From contig OZ336876.1 of the NCBI GenBank assembly GCA_965287045.1, positions 38,812,001 through 38,876,000 on the forward strand: a stretch of 64,000 nucleotides of DNA, read 5' to 3'. Of this stretch, positions 24,760 to 36,330 are shown piece after piece; the first letter of the stretch is position 1, and every line of letters begins with the position of its first letter. This DNA comes from Carcharhinus amblyrhynchos. Lineage: Eukaryota. Below the pieces are notes generated by a model. The model did no database searches, had not been told where the DNA came from, and saw only the letters and a list, made by a program, of their open reading frames with translations. Both the position numbers and the translations under genes were made by a program.

Positions 24760-25790
24760 ACAGCTGATAATAGCAGAGTGATTGAAATCAGGACAGTTCG
24801 AGAGGGCAGAATTAAAAGACTGTATATATCTTGGTGGAGCACAAGATTGTAATGATCCAGAGGGCCCTGGAAAGGTTTGAAAACAAGGATGGAAATCTTA
24901 AAATCAAGGCATTGCTTAATCGGGAACTAGTGTAAGTTAATGATCACAGGGGTGATGAGTGAACAGGGCATTGTGTGTATAAGGGCATGGGAAGTAGAAG
25001 GCAGAGAGGGGGATCCAGCCAGGAATATATGCAAGTAGTCAAATGCACAGGTAACAAAAGTAAAGTGTGTATGAGATTTTCAACAATAGTTGAGTTGAAA
25101 CAGTTGATGAAGTGTGGCAGTGTTATGGAGGTAGAAATGAGCAATATTAATGATGGTGTAGATATATTGTCAGAGGTTGATCTCTGAGGTAAGGGCTACA
25201 CCAAGACTGTAACTTAGAATCCCTATACTGCAGAAGAAGGCCATTCAGTCCATTGAGTCTGCACCGACCACAATCCCATCCAGGCCCTATTCCTGTAATC
25301 CCACATATTTACCTTGCTAATCTCCCTGATATTAGGGTCAATTTAGCATGGCCAAACAACCTAGCCCACACATCTGTGGACTATGGGAGGAAACCAGAAC
25401 ACTCGGAGGAAACCCACCCAGACATGGAGAGAACATGCAGACTCCACACAGTCAGTGACCCGAGGCCAGAATTGAACCCAGGTCCCTGACACTCTGAGGC
25501 AGCAATGCTAACCACTATGCTACCGTGCCGTCCATCGTTCATTGGTTTAGCCTTAAACGTTTGTCAGGAAGGAGGATGGCTTCGCTGGCTAGGGAAAGTA
25601 CTTTATAGTCGGAAACAAAGGCAGTAGTTTTGGTCTTCCAAATTTCATTTGAAGGGAATTTCTTCTCATCCAGATCAGACAAGCAGTGTGACAATTTAAA
25701 GATGGTGGAAGGGTCATCAGATGTGGTGATGAGGCGGTGCCAAATGTTGTCAGTGAAATCAACCTTTCGATGATGTTGCTAATTAGGACA
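24760..25790 (-). mobile_element. Old L2-like LINE relic interrupted by an HE1 SINE
   Basis: Typical L2 3' text (ttaaaatcaaggcattgcttaatcgggaactagtgtaag); resumes after the SINE at ~25535. Confidence 0.55.
25213..25532 (-). mobile_element. HE1-type (V-SINE) tRNA-derived SINE
   Basis: Minus strand ggcacggtagcatagtggttagcattgctgcctca (box A), ctgggttcaattc (box B), V-domain-like core and CR1-type tail. Confidence 0.88.
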
Positions 25791-25839
25791 ATTTATAGAT
25801 CAGAAAAAGGAGGGAGCCAAGGATGGTTATTTGGGGGAC

Positions 25840-26720
25840 TCTATCCATGGCTAAATAAGGACGTTAAGGATGGTATCAAATTGAAAAAAAGACATACAAT
25901 GCGACAAAGATTAGTGATAGACTACAAGTCTGGAAAAACTTAGAAACCAGAAAAGCAGGATTAAAAAATGATAAAGGGAGGAGGATGATAGAAAACCAGC
26001 AAGAAAAATTAAACCAGACAGCAAAAGCTTTTACAAGTATATAAAAAGGAAAAAGAAAGTCACTAAAGCAAGCGTTGGTCCTTAGAGGATGGGTCTGGTG
26101 AATTAATAATGGGAAACCAGGAAATGAATAAGACTTTGATCAAGTGTTTTGTATTCACCTCCACTGTGGAAAACACAAAAATCAACCCAAAAATAGTAGA
26201 AAAGCAGAGGACAAAGGCAGGGAAGAATATAAAACAATCTAAAGGGAAAGTACGAGGACAATTTATTGGACTAAAGGTGCCTCAGACCTGATGGCCTGCA
26301 CCTTATGATCATAAAGGAAGTGGTTGCAGGGAAAACAATCTTCCCAAATTTCCTAGATTCTGGAAACATCCCGAAGAGTTGGAAAACCACAAACACTAAA
26401 AATGAATACAGTAGCCGGTATGCCTTTATGTCACTGTAGCACTGATCTTTAAACCAACTGAATGGGAGAATACAGTAAGAAACAAAAATGAGATAGAAGA
26501 CAACATATCTATTCAGGAAATAAAGGAAATGGAAGGCAGGAAACTGTAGGTCAAATATCCTAACGTGTCATCGGGAAAATGCTGGAATCTATCATTAACA
26601 AGGTGGTAGCAGATATTTAGAAAAATCATAGTATAATCAGGCAAAGTAAACATGGTTTTATGAAAGGGAAATTGTATCTGACAAATTTATTGAAGTTCTT
26701 TGAGGGTGGATAAAGGGCAA
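25840..26720 (+). mobile_element. Degraded CR1 ORF2 fragment
   Basis: Collinear with 62760-63513: [30 protein letters not shown]. Confidence 0.8.
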
Positions 26721-27560
26721 CCAGTAAAGTAAGTAACTCTCCTGTTTCTCTGAGAGAGTTTCTTTCATGATTGCATGTTTGAACCTTGTGACATTGAGCT
26801 GCTTTTGGGCCTTTATGCTCTGGGGCATTGAAGGGGAAAGATATTGATGTTTGATTTTGAAATGATAAGATAATTGTGAGTCTAGCAGTCAGCACTACAC
26901 ATGGCTTTCATTACACGCATATGCTGCTTATCCCTTTGCCTTGATTTGATGACCATGTATAGATTAGGGGAGTATCCAAGGCATTTTGTCGTGACTGTGG
27001 AGACAGAAAGCTATGTTGGTGATTAAGAACACATGTTCGGCACACATCTTCAGCAAGAGGAGACCATTGATATTACTGCTACCAACCTAGATTTTCCACT
27101 GACCCCTCCCCACCCTGGTGATCAGCATCAATACTTCCAAGAATGATTAGCTTGTTTGACTTTGGCAAGGAAGAATCAAGGAGTGGATTTTTTTTTCTGA
27201 CTTCTTCAGAGTTGATTATGGTCAAGATGTACACACAAACTGCCTGTTGTTGCACAAGGGGAGTTTAGGCATGCTCAGACAATCATTAATACACTTAGTG
27301 TAAGTTAGCTTGCTGACAAGGTGATTAGTAACGGCAAGGCCTCCGCCAGCCTCATGACAATTTTCTTTTCCACGGCCGTTCCAAAACAAAATATATAAGT
27401 TGCACTGATTTCCTTGAGTTGACTCTCCTCAGGTGGATGGGTCTAATTAAGATCCATAATCTGGAGGTTGTACCTGGCCAGTTCTCTGCTAGCAGGATCT
27501 GGGCTCCTCTCAGGTCTGTTGGACATAGCACACATCCTCTGCACCAATGGTGGACAGTGT
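26720..27560 (-). mobile_element. RTE (BovB-like) LINE endonuclease relic
   Basis: Minus strand FWNGRGKE, LLLKMCAEHVFLIT, RQRDKQHMRVMKAMCSADC*THNYLII resemble RTE APE motifs (FFWSGR; LLLxxCAEHxLxIT; RRDRQDVRVTKAMCGAECWTDHRLI). Confidence 0.7.
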
Positions 27561-28611
27561 TATTTTTAGTTTTTATTTTGAGATTGATTGTGATTCCTCC
27601 AATTCAGCTCCCTTGTGTAGTCACCATTCCTATTGTTACATAAAATCCAACCCTACATATCCCAAAATGTCGGAGGATAAATTTTCCCTTCATAAGTTTG
27701 GCAGAAGAACCAAAGAGGATTTTATGGGGTCTTTTTTGCCAAACTTAGAATGGACAAGTTAGGAATTTCCCACCAGATGAAAAGGGTTTACTCCATGATG
27801 ATCACACCTTCAGTGATCTAGGCTCTACATTCTGAAGTTCAGTCACCTAAGGCCAGAATTTAACCTGGGTGCCTGGCTCTGAGAGACAGCAGTGCTAATC
27901 ACTGTGCCACCATGCTGCTCTGAGACAACCTGGAGAACATCAGGCTGTTTTCACATTCTGATGCATCATTCAGAATCTCAGTAGATAACAGGCAAAGCAT
28001 ATCAGCATGGCAGCTTTAGTCATATGAAAGCTTATTCAGGTGGCAATTCTACAGGCAGAGTTCAGTTGTGTAGGAAAATGAATTAGGAACCAAATGAAGT
28101 AAATATTCATTCCAAATTCTAACTGACACTCAATCCTAGAATTTAATGTTTGATGCAATCCTGTTTGGTATTTGCTCCTTTAATTTCTTCTGTTGAGTTA
28201 GCACGAGTGTTCCATGTGCAGTATTGATTCAGTATTAAATGACCACAGATCTGGTACTTGTATTGCACTAGGCAGTAGACAATTGCTTACTGTCACCTCC
28301 ACTCTTGAGAGCTCTTGGACTTGCAGCAAACTTCACTTATTGATTTCCATCAAGTGGGGCACCACTTTCCATAAATGAAACGCATTACAACAAAGTCAAA
28401 CTACTGATTTACTGCTAAATATAACCAGAAATTAAAACTAACTAACTCGACTGTTTTGATTCCCGTGACTACTTCAATAATTCCTTAAAAGTGAAAAAAT
28501 TCTTAAGTGGGTTTGTGTGACCAACATGAGTAATGAAGCTGAGAACAATCTTCAGGGATTATGCCATAGAAAAAGTTAAAGGCATTTTCTTCTTTGATGA
28601 GTAACCCTGCC

Positions 28612-29120
28612 TTACGAACATACGAATTTGGTGCGGAGTAGGCCGTTCAACCCCATGAGTCTTCACCACCATTCTGATTTTAACCTCAACTCCACATTCC
28701 CATCTACTCCCAATATCCTATTGTCCCCTTGCTTATCAAGAATTTATCCATCTCTAACTTTAAAATGTTCAAAGACTCTCCTTCCATTACCTTTTGAGGA
28801 ACAAGAGTTTCAAAGACTCACGACCCTCTGAGAAAAAATAATTCTCGTCATCTCTGTTTCAAATGGATGACCCCTTATTTTTAAAGAGCGATCCATAATT
28901 CTAGATCCTCCCACAAGAAGGAACATGCTGTCCACATCCACGCTGTCAAAACTTGTCAGTTCTTATGTTTCAATCAAGTTTATTCTAACCTCCAGCAGAT
29001 AGAAGCCTAGCCTATTCAAATTTTCCTCATTAGATAACCTTCCTTTTCCAAGCATTAGTCTCGCAAACCTTCTCTGAACTGCTTCCAATGCATTCACATC
29101 TATCCTTAAATAAGAAGGAA
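28612..29120 (-). mobile_element. Degraded CR1 3' fragment
   Basis: Tail (acgaacatacgaa) and reverse complement of the CR1 3' region. Confidence 0.8.
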
Positions 29121-29489
29121 ACCTGTGGCAGGGGTGTGCCATCAGCAGGACCAGAAGCTCCTACCAGCATGAACAACCGGAGAATTCCGGCCATCATCTT
29201 CAAGCAGTTTTCTAATTGTGTCATTCCGATCCTTTAATGATTAATCCATTGCTACGTTTAGTTTCTCTTTGCTCTTGCACTACCCACTCATGTATTAAGT
29301 ATACTTTTCTCCTGCTGCCCTTTCGGTCTCCCGTATTCATTTTTTTTCTCCTGGCTAATTTAAATTTATTCATCCAAGTCTTGATTTTTTTTTCTCCCCT
29401 CTGCTCCAATTCCCGTAGAGTCCACTAATTTTTACAGCCAAATTTGAACGTCCAGTTCATAGCTAAAAGAATGACATAGCTTCGTGCTG

Positions 29490-29935
29490 GTGATGTCAGG
29501 TATGCAGGCCATACATTCCTGGGATGGGGGGACTGCCTTGTGAGGAGAGATTTGGGAGTTTAGCAGAATGACGGGTGATCTCATTGAGACCAACAAAATA
29601 CTTAAAGGGATAGATAGCGCAGATGCAGGTAAGCTATTTCCCTTGGTTGGGGAGCTTAGAACCAGGGAACACAGATTCAAAATAAGGGGAAAGTCACTTA
29701 GGACTGAACTGAGTAGAGATTCTTTATTCAGATGGTTGTGAACCTTTGGAATTTTCTACCCCGGGAGGTGTGAAAGTTCAGTTTCAAGTAGAGATTGACA
29801 GATTTATAAATGCCAATAATGTAAATGAAGAGTGTGGATTGGGGGTAAAAACACTGAAGTGGATTATCAGCCATGATCATATTGAATGGCAGGGCAGACT
29901 TGATGGGCTGAATGGCCTACTCCTGCTCCTGTGCT
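29490..29935 (+). mobile_element. Degraded CR1 3' fragment, followed by a SINE tail at 29940-30085
   Basis: EFSRMTGDLIETNKILKGID; atcagccatgatcatattgaatggc 3' UTR. Confidence 0.82.
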
Positions 29936-30129
29936 CTGAAAGACGTTCTGGTTAGGTGCATTAGCCATGTTAAATTCTCCCTCAGTGTACCCGAACAGGC
30001 GCCAGAGTGTGGCAAGTAGGGAATTTTCACAGTAACTTCATTGCAGTGTTAATGTAAGCCTACTTGTGACACTAAAACTTTTAAAAAAGACCAATAATGT
30101 TCTTCTTATAGTCTGTAACTTCTAAATTG

Positions 30130-30750
30130 TGACCTGTAAACATGCAGGCCAATTCTGGCTTTTCCTTGAGTGCGGAAAACAATTGATAGGACACAGTTAA
30201 TCTTTCAGTCCCATTACGACAACTCCCTGAATTTCATTAACAGGAAAAGATTTCATTTGGTCAATGTTTAACTAGCTCAAGTGACTCAGGAAACTGTCAT
30301 GAGACAATCCTACATACTAATCCTCTTGCTTCAAACCCATGTATCAAAGTAGTTGATTTGTGACCAGAGACATTCCCTGCAGTCATGGATAATAAATCCA
30401 AGATGGGATCTGCAAACAGAGGAGGACAGGAAATATAATGAAGCCCATGGGACTACAAGAAGAGCACTCGAACAAACCATTGGCAGTCTGAGGTCTCATA
30501 TCAGGTAGCTGAACAAATCTGATGGAACACTGCAGTGCAGCCCAACAACTAATACGCTGAAAAAATATCGCGATGCAATAAGAATAGTTATGATTTTGTA
30601 AAGCCAAAGAGGACAATGATAAATGGAGAGAAATGCAGCCCTCAATCCTCACAGCAGCATTAAATTGCAGGAAGGAAGTAAAGTGAAGGTGCAGAGGCAG
30701 AGGAGTTTTTAAAGAGGGCAGAAGAGTCCCAAATATTTTGGATACTTTTG
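30130..30750 (+). pseudogene. Second Harbinger (HARBI1-like) transposase relic
   Basis: INRKRFHLVNV*L; LICDQRHSLQSWIINP..LQTEEDRKYNEAHGTTRRALEQTIGSLRSHIR*LNKSDGTLQCSP. Confidence 0.8.
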
Positions 30751-32167
30751 TACTGAGGAATTCAAACTGTACTGAGGCTTGTGGCAAGGAAATCTCTGAT
30801 TCCATTTTGAGGGAGGAGGAACACAAGGTCCATCCTCTTTCTCTCTCTCCATCAAGAAATCTAAGTTGATTGCTGCCACTTCTACTGGCGTTTCCTGCAA
30901 TCAGTCAAGATAGCAGGAGCATCCAGCAGCCTTCTCCCCAGGGAAACAGAGGGGGAAACCTCAGCTCGGGGCAGGGATTCAGCAGTAAGCCCTTCCACCT
31001 GATTTTTGTCCCAGGCTGCATGGAAGTAGATAGAATTTACGGCAGAGAAACAGGACCTTTAGCTCAACTGATTTGTGCAAGTGTTTATGCACTTTACCTG
31101 ATCTAAACTGATCGGCGTATTTTTATCTACTTCTTCCCACCTAATTTGTGATGGGATCATAAAAGGAAATCCAGTTGAATTAATTATATCCAGGGGTCAT
31201 CAAGATGCTGAAATTTGCTTTGGATGTTTTGGCTTACGATTAGTAGTAAATATTAAAATGGAGAAAATAGAGTACAATTACCTCAGTAGTTATTCACTAT
31301 ATTTATGGTTTAATGGATGCATGAGTAGCTTTAATGGTTCTATGCATGATGATTTCACCAGTTGAGTTATAACTGATGCTGTCTGACCAGTGATGGCTTG
31401 TCATTGATGGTGCTAATTTATACAATTCATTCTAATCTGCGCAGTCCTATTGTGCAATCTCTTATTTATGAGGTAATGAATACATGTGTCTATATGTTTG
31501 TGCACAATAAAGCTGACTACAGTTACAAATGGGTTTCTACACGTGAGCATTTGTGCCTCCAGCAAAGCCCCAGATCAGAAATGAGCTCTGTCGTGAGTTT
31601 TAGTGCTCAGAATTGATGTCACTAAGGTCTGTAGCATGTCAAATTCTATTGAATGGATTTTGTGATATTAATATCTTGCCTGAGTTAGGCACAGCTTTTA
31701 TTCACGCTGCCCTTTTCTATTCTGCTAAAGCTGAGAGTTTTTTTTCAACATGCAATCCTGGCTATCAATGGAGGTTTTTCTTTGTGACATTTCTTAGTTT
31801 CCACCTGATTGTGAATTCAGGCTTGGGTCTCTGGGTCCAAGCTCCCTCTTCCTCTCCTGGCCATGCTCTACCTTCTTCAACTCTTCCTGCTTATCCATCC
31901 ATTTTAACATTTTGTTGTTCTTGTCACCCTCCCTCACCCCTCCCCACTCCCCTCTGCCCCACCCTGCCCCCCTCACCTCCCCTCCCCCAACCTAGCCTCC
32001 GCTTTAAGGATCTTCACTCCTGTTATGGTTGAAATATTGAAGGGCAAGTTGAAGGGCAATGGCTTCAAACACCCATTTTAAAACAAACAAAAAACACAAT
32101 TTTTTTCCCAAACTAAAGCAGAGTTATAATCAAGTTCCAATCTCAGTGCAATACAAAGAGCTGGAAC

Positions 32168-32316
32168 GAAAGCAAAATACTGTGGGTGCTGGGTTCTGAA
32201 GCAAAAGTAGAAAACACTGGAAAATGAGGTCATCCAGACTCGAAACATTGGCTCTATTCTCTCTCCACAGATGAGGTCAGACTTGCTGAGATTTTCCTGC
32301 ATTTTCTGTTTTTGTG
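32168..32316. mobile_element. Short fold-back Penelope-type terminal-repeat element with 15-bp TSD
   Basis: Flanked by acaaagagctggaac (32153-32167) and acaaagagcaggaac (32317-32331); related to 34379-34479 and 34787-34922. Confidence 0.7.
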
Positions 32317-32556
32317 ACAAAGAGCAGGAACACTCTATACCTTCATTGATACATTTGTAGTAAAATACAAGACATGCAAACATTTTTCAAAGATCTGTCC
32401 AGCAACAAGACCTCAAAAATAAGAGGGAAACCAAATGTATCCTCGCAACTAAAGTCTACACTCAGTATTAAAGGGGAAACAAATTTTAGAGTGGTAACTA
32501 CAAGAAAACCATCATGGCAGCAGAATGGCAGAGAGAGGGCAATTCTCAACAAGGTA

Positions 32557-32673
32557 CCAAGGGCAACAAGAGACTTCAGAAAGAGGGTAACTCCACTGAG
32601 AGCAATAAGAGACTCCAGAGTGAGGGAAACTTCACGAAGGGCAACAAGAAACCTTGAAGAAAGACAACTCTGC
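32557..32673 (+). repeat. Degenerate 39-bp tandem repeat, about 3 units
   Basis: ccaagggcaacaagagacttcagaaagagggtaactcca / ctgagagcaataagagactccagagtgagggaaacttca / cgaagggcaacaagaaaccttgaagaaagacaactctgc. Confidence 0.7.
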
Positions 32674-32777
32674 CAAAAGCACCAATATAGAGGACAGGCA
32701 GCAAAAAAAAACCAGAGTGAGAGGAGCCAAAGATCTTAGGGAGGAGGCAAGAAATTACCCTGAAGAGAGGGCAACAA

Positions 32778-34378
32778 GATTTGATTTGATTTATTAGCAT
32801 ACAGTGAAAGGTATAGTTTTTTGTGTGCTATACAGACAAAGCATACAGTTCATAGAGAATGAAACAAGAGAGTGCAGAATGTAGCGTTACAGCCATAGCT
32901 AGGGTGTAGAGAAAGATCAACTTAATACCAGGTAGGTTCATTCAAAAATCTGAAGACAGAAGCTATTCTTGAGTCGATTGGTATGTGACATCAGACTTTT
33001 GTATTTTTTTCCTAACAGAAGAAGGTGGAAGAGAGAATGTCTGGGGTGTGTGGGATCCTCAATTAGGTTGGCTGCTTTGCCAAAGCGGTAGTAAGCGTAG
33101 AGAGTCAACAGATGGGAAGCTGGTTTGCGTGATGGACCTTTTGTACATTCATGACCTTTTGTAGTTCCTTGCGATCTTGGACAGAGCAGGAGCTGTACCA
33201 AGCTGTGATACAACCAGAAAGAATGCTTTCTATGGTGCAACTGTAAAAGTTGGTGAGAGTTGTAGCTGACATGCCAAATTTCCTTCGTCTTCTGAGAAAG
33301 TAGAGGCGTTGGTGGTCTTTCTTAACTATAGTGTCGGCATGGAGGAACCAGGACAGGTTGTTGGTGATTTGGAAACCTAAAAACCTTTGAAGCTCTTGAC
33401 ACTTTCTACTTCATCCCTGTTAATGTAGATAGGGGCATGTTCTCCTTTACACTTCCTGAAGTCGATGAAACCTCCTTTGTTTCATTGACATTGAGGGAGA
33501 GATTATTGTCGCCACACCTGTTCACCGGATTCTCTATCTCAGTTCTGTACCATGTCTTATCACTGTTTGAGATCTGAGCCAGTATGGTGCTGTCATCAGC
33601 AAACTTGAAAATTAAGTTGGAAGGAAACTTGGCCACACAGTCACAGGTATATGAGGGGTATAGTAGGGGGCTGAGAACATAGCCTTGTGGAACACTAGTG
33701 TTGAGGATGATCATGGAGGAGGTGTTGGTACCTGTCCTTATTGATTGTGGTTTTTGGGTTAAGAAGTTCAGGATCCAGTCGCAGAGGGAGGAGCCGAGGC
33801 CCAGGCCACGGAGTTTGGAGATGAGTTTCGTAGGAATAATGATGTTGAAGGTTGAGCTGTAATCAATAAATAGGAATCTGACATAGGTGCCTTTGTTATC
33901 TAGGTGTTCCAGGGTTGAGTGCAGGGCCAGAGAGATAGCATCTGCTGTGGACCTGTTGCAGCGGTTGATGAACTCTAGTGGATCCAGGCAGTCTGGGAGC
34001 CTGGAATTAATTTGTGCCGTGACTAGCCTTTCGAAGCACTTCATACTCATTGGAGTTCAGAAGAATGAGGGGAGATCTTATAGAAACATATAAGATTATG
34101 AAGGGAATAGATAAGATAGAAGCAGGGAAGTTGTTTTCACTGGCAGGTGAAACTAGAACTAGGAGGCAGGGCCTCAAAATAAGGGGGTGCAGGTTTAGGA
34201 CTGAGTTGAGAAGGAAATTCTTCACACATCTGTGGGATTCCCTGCCCAGTGAAGCAGTTGAGGACACTTCATTGAATGTTTTTAAGGCAAGGATAGATAC
34301 ATTTTTGAACAGTAAAGAATTATGTTTATGTCCTTATAATGATGGATGTCAGAACCACCAGATGGTAGTCATCAAGGC
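32778..34378 (-). mobile_element. Rex1/Babar LINE with nested CR1 fragment
   Basis: ORF 33406-34050 [35 protein letters not shown]; Rex1 resumes at ~34336. Confidence 0.92.
34048..34335 (+). mobile_element. CR1 3' fragment inserted in Rex1
   Basis: [21 protein letters not shown]...RFRTELRR. Confidence 0.88.
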
Positions 34379-34479
34379 ACCAAAAGAGAAAATGTTGGAA
34401 AATCTGAGTAAATCTGGTAGCATCTGTAAGGAGAGAAAAGAGCTGACATTTTGAGTCCAGATGACCCATTGTCAAAGCT
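34379..34479 (-). mobile_element. Penelope-type terminal repeat fragment (family 2)
   Basis: Near-duplicate of 34820-34922; contains a decayed hammerhead-like motif. Confidence 0.65.
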
Positions 34480-34786
34480 CATTAAGACATGTTTCTTGGC
34501 TTTTCTTTGAGACCCCAAAGTGATGGCAACAACAAACAGTTGAAAGAACAAATGCAATGAGTGACAATTCAGCCACATGTAGAAATGAAGACTATCTTAA
34601 ACAGCAGCATGGAAACGCAACAGAAGAAACATGGGGAAGCTGTATTGAATTACAGAAAAGCTCAAGATGAGAGAAGCAAACTGGATAATGAAAAGGGAAG
34701 CCTGTTGAAAGATCTCCCCATGTTACAAGAATTCCCTAGGTCAAAGATTTTCCTTTGGATGATTATATATATGTTATATATATATA

Positions 34787-34922
34787 AAGAGCAAATTACT
34801 GCAGATGCTGGAATCTGAAACCAAAAGAGAAAATGCTGGAAAATTTCAGCAGGCCTGGCAGCATCTGTATGGAGAGAAAAGAGCTGGTGTTTCAAATCCA
34901 CAGGACCCTTTGTCAAAGCTCA
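34787..34922 (-). mobile_element. Penelope-type terminal repeat fragment (family 2) next to an AT microsatellite
   Basis: aattactgcagatgctggaatctgaaac...ccctttgtcaaagct; (AT)n at 34762-34786. Confidence 0.65.
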
Positions 34923-35175
34923 GTTTAACTTCACTCTGAACAAATACAGAATCAGTTGGCAGAGAAGACTCAGCAATGTTCCATATTCCTGGAGGAAGCT
35001 AAAAGCCACAAGAAACAGACTGAAGGGCTGAAGAAGCAGCTGAATGGCATAGAGGAGGCATTGAAAGGAAAAGCTGTAGAATTTTCCAAGCTGCACACAG
35101 ATAAGAAAGCTGTGAGTAGCACAATTACAGAATTGACTTCAGTTAAGGCTTCACCAGAGACAGGCCAAACCTGAA

Positions 35176-35328
35176 ACACAGGGAGCAAGTACCTCATACC
35201 TGTTGGACAAGGTCAAGAGCTGAAGCTCCTCAGTTCCTGAAGGCAGGTAGGGGGACTCTGAGTTCAGGAACTGAGAAGCCTCAGCTCTTGACCTTGTCCA
35301 ACGGGTATGAGGTACTTGCTCCCTGTGT
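35176..35328. repeat. 66-bp inverted repeat at the 5' end of the CR1
   Basis: Arms 35176-35241 and 35263-35328, 3 mismatches, 21-bp spacer. Confidence 0.92.
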
Positions 35329-36199
35329 GGATGTAGGGAGAATGAGCTAGCCAACCACTGCACTGTGGTACAGGAGGCCATTCAAGAGGGGGAAGCAAAA
35401 AGACAAGTTGTAGTGATAGGGGTCTCTGTAATTCGGGGGATTGATAGCATCCTTTGTAAGCCAGATCGTGAGTTCCACATGGTACGTGTTGCCTGCCCCA
35501 TGCTAGGGTGAGGGACATCTCTGACCGGCTTGAAAGAATATTGGAGTGGGAAGAGGAGAATCTAGTTGTTGTGGCCCACTTTGGGACAAACAACTTAGAC
35601 AAGAGGACCTGTTTGGGGATTATCAGGCATTAGGAACTAAATTAAAGGACTGGTCCTCAATCTCCGGATTACTACCCGAGCCACGTGCAAATAGGCATAG
35701 GATTGAGGAAATTAGGGAAGTAAACACGTGGCTACAGAAATGGTGCGGGAAAGAGGGGTTCCATTTCATGGGGCATTGGCATCAGTATTGGAACAGGAGG
35801 CATCTGTACCATTGGGGTGGTCTTCACCTAAACCAATCTGGGACCAGTGTTTGAGTGAAAAGGACTTTAAACTAGCAAGGTGGGGGGAAGGGAAGGGTAA
35901 AGCTACGGGAAATATAAATGTTAATGGAAAGCAAGGCAGCAAGTTAGCATGTCGGGAGAAGATTTTAATTACATCGAAAATCAGGAAAAAGATTAAAAGG
36001 AAGGAGAACTCAGAGGAAATGTTATTAATGGAGGTCCTAAAATTCAAACAGAAGATACAAAAACTAGCAAAAGGGCACAGTATCTGAATGTTCATAGCAT
36101 TCAAAACAAGGTAAATGAGTTGGTGGCTCAAATCATCGTGAATGAGTATGATTTGGTGGCCATTACTGAGACTTGGTTGCAGGATGGTCACGACTGGGA

Positions 36200-36330
36200 G
36201 TTAAATATCCAGGGGCATCCGACTGTTCAGAGGGACCGAAGAAGGTAAGGATTAAATAAGGTAAGGATTAAGTAAGGATTAAGGTTAAATATCCAGGGGC
36301 ATCCGACTGTTCAGAGGGACCGAAGAAGGT
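36200..36330 (+). repeat. Perfect 47-bp direct duplication with repetitive filler
   Basis: 36200-36246 is identical to 36284-36330; spacer built from taaggatta-like units. Confidence 0.92.

Noticed and set aside
30383-30826. 147-aa minus-strand ORF
   Set aside because: Antisense shadow of the plus-strand Harbinger transposase relic
32557-32673. Short repeated units as a CRISPR-like array
   Set aside because: Degenerate tandem units with no repeat-spacer structure, in eukaryotic DNA with no cas genes
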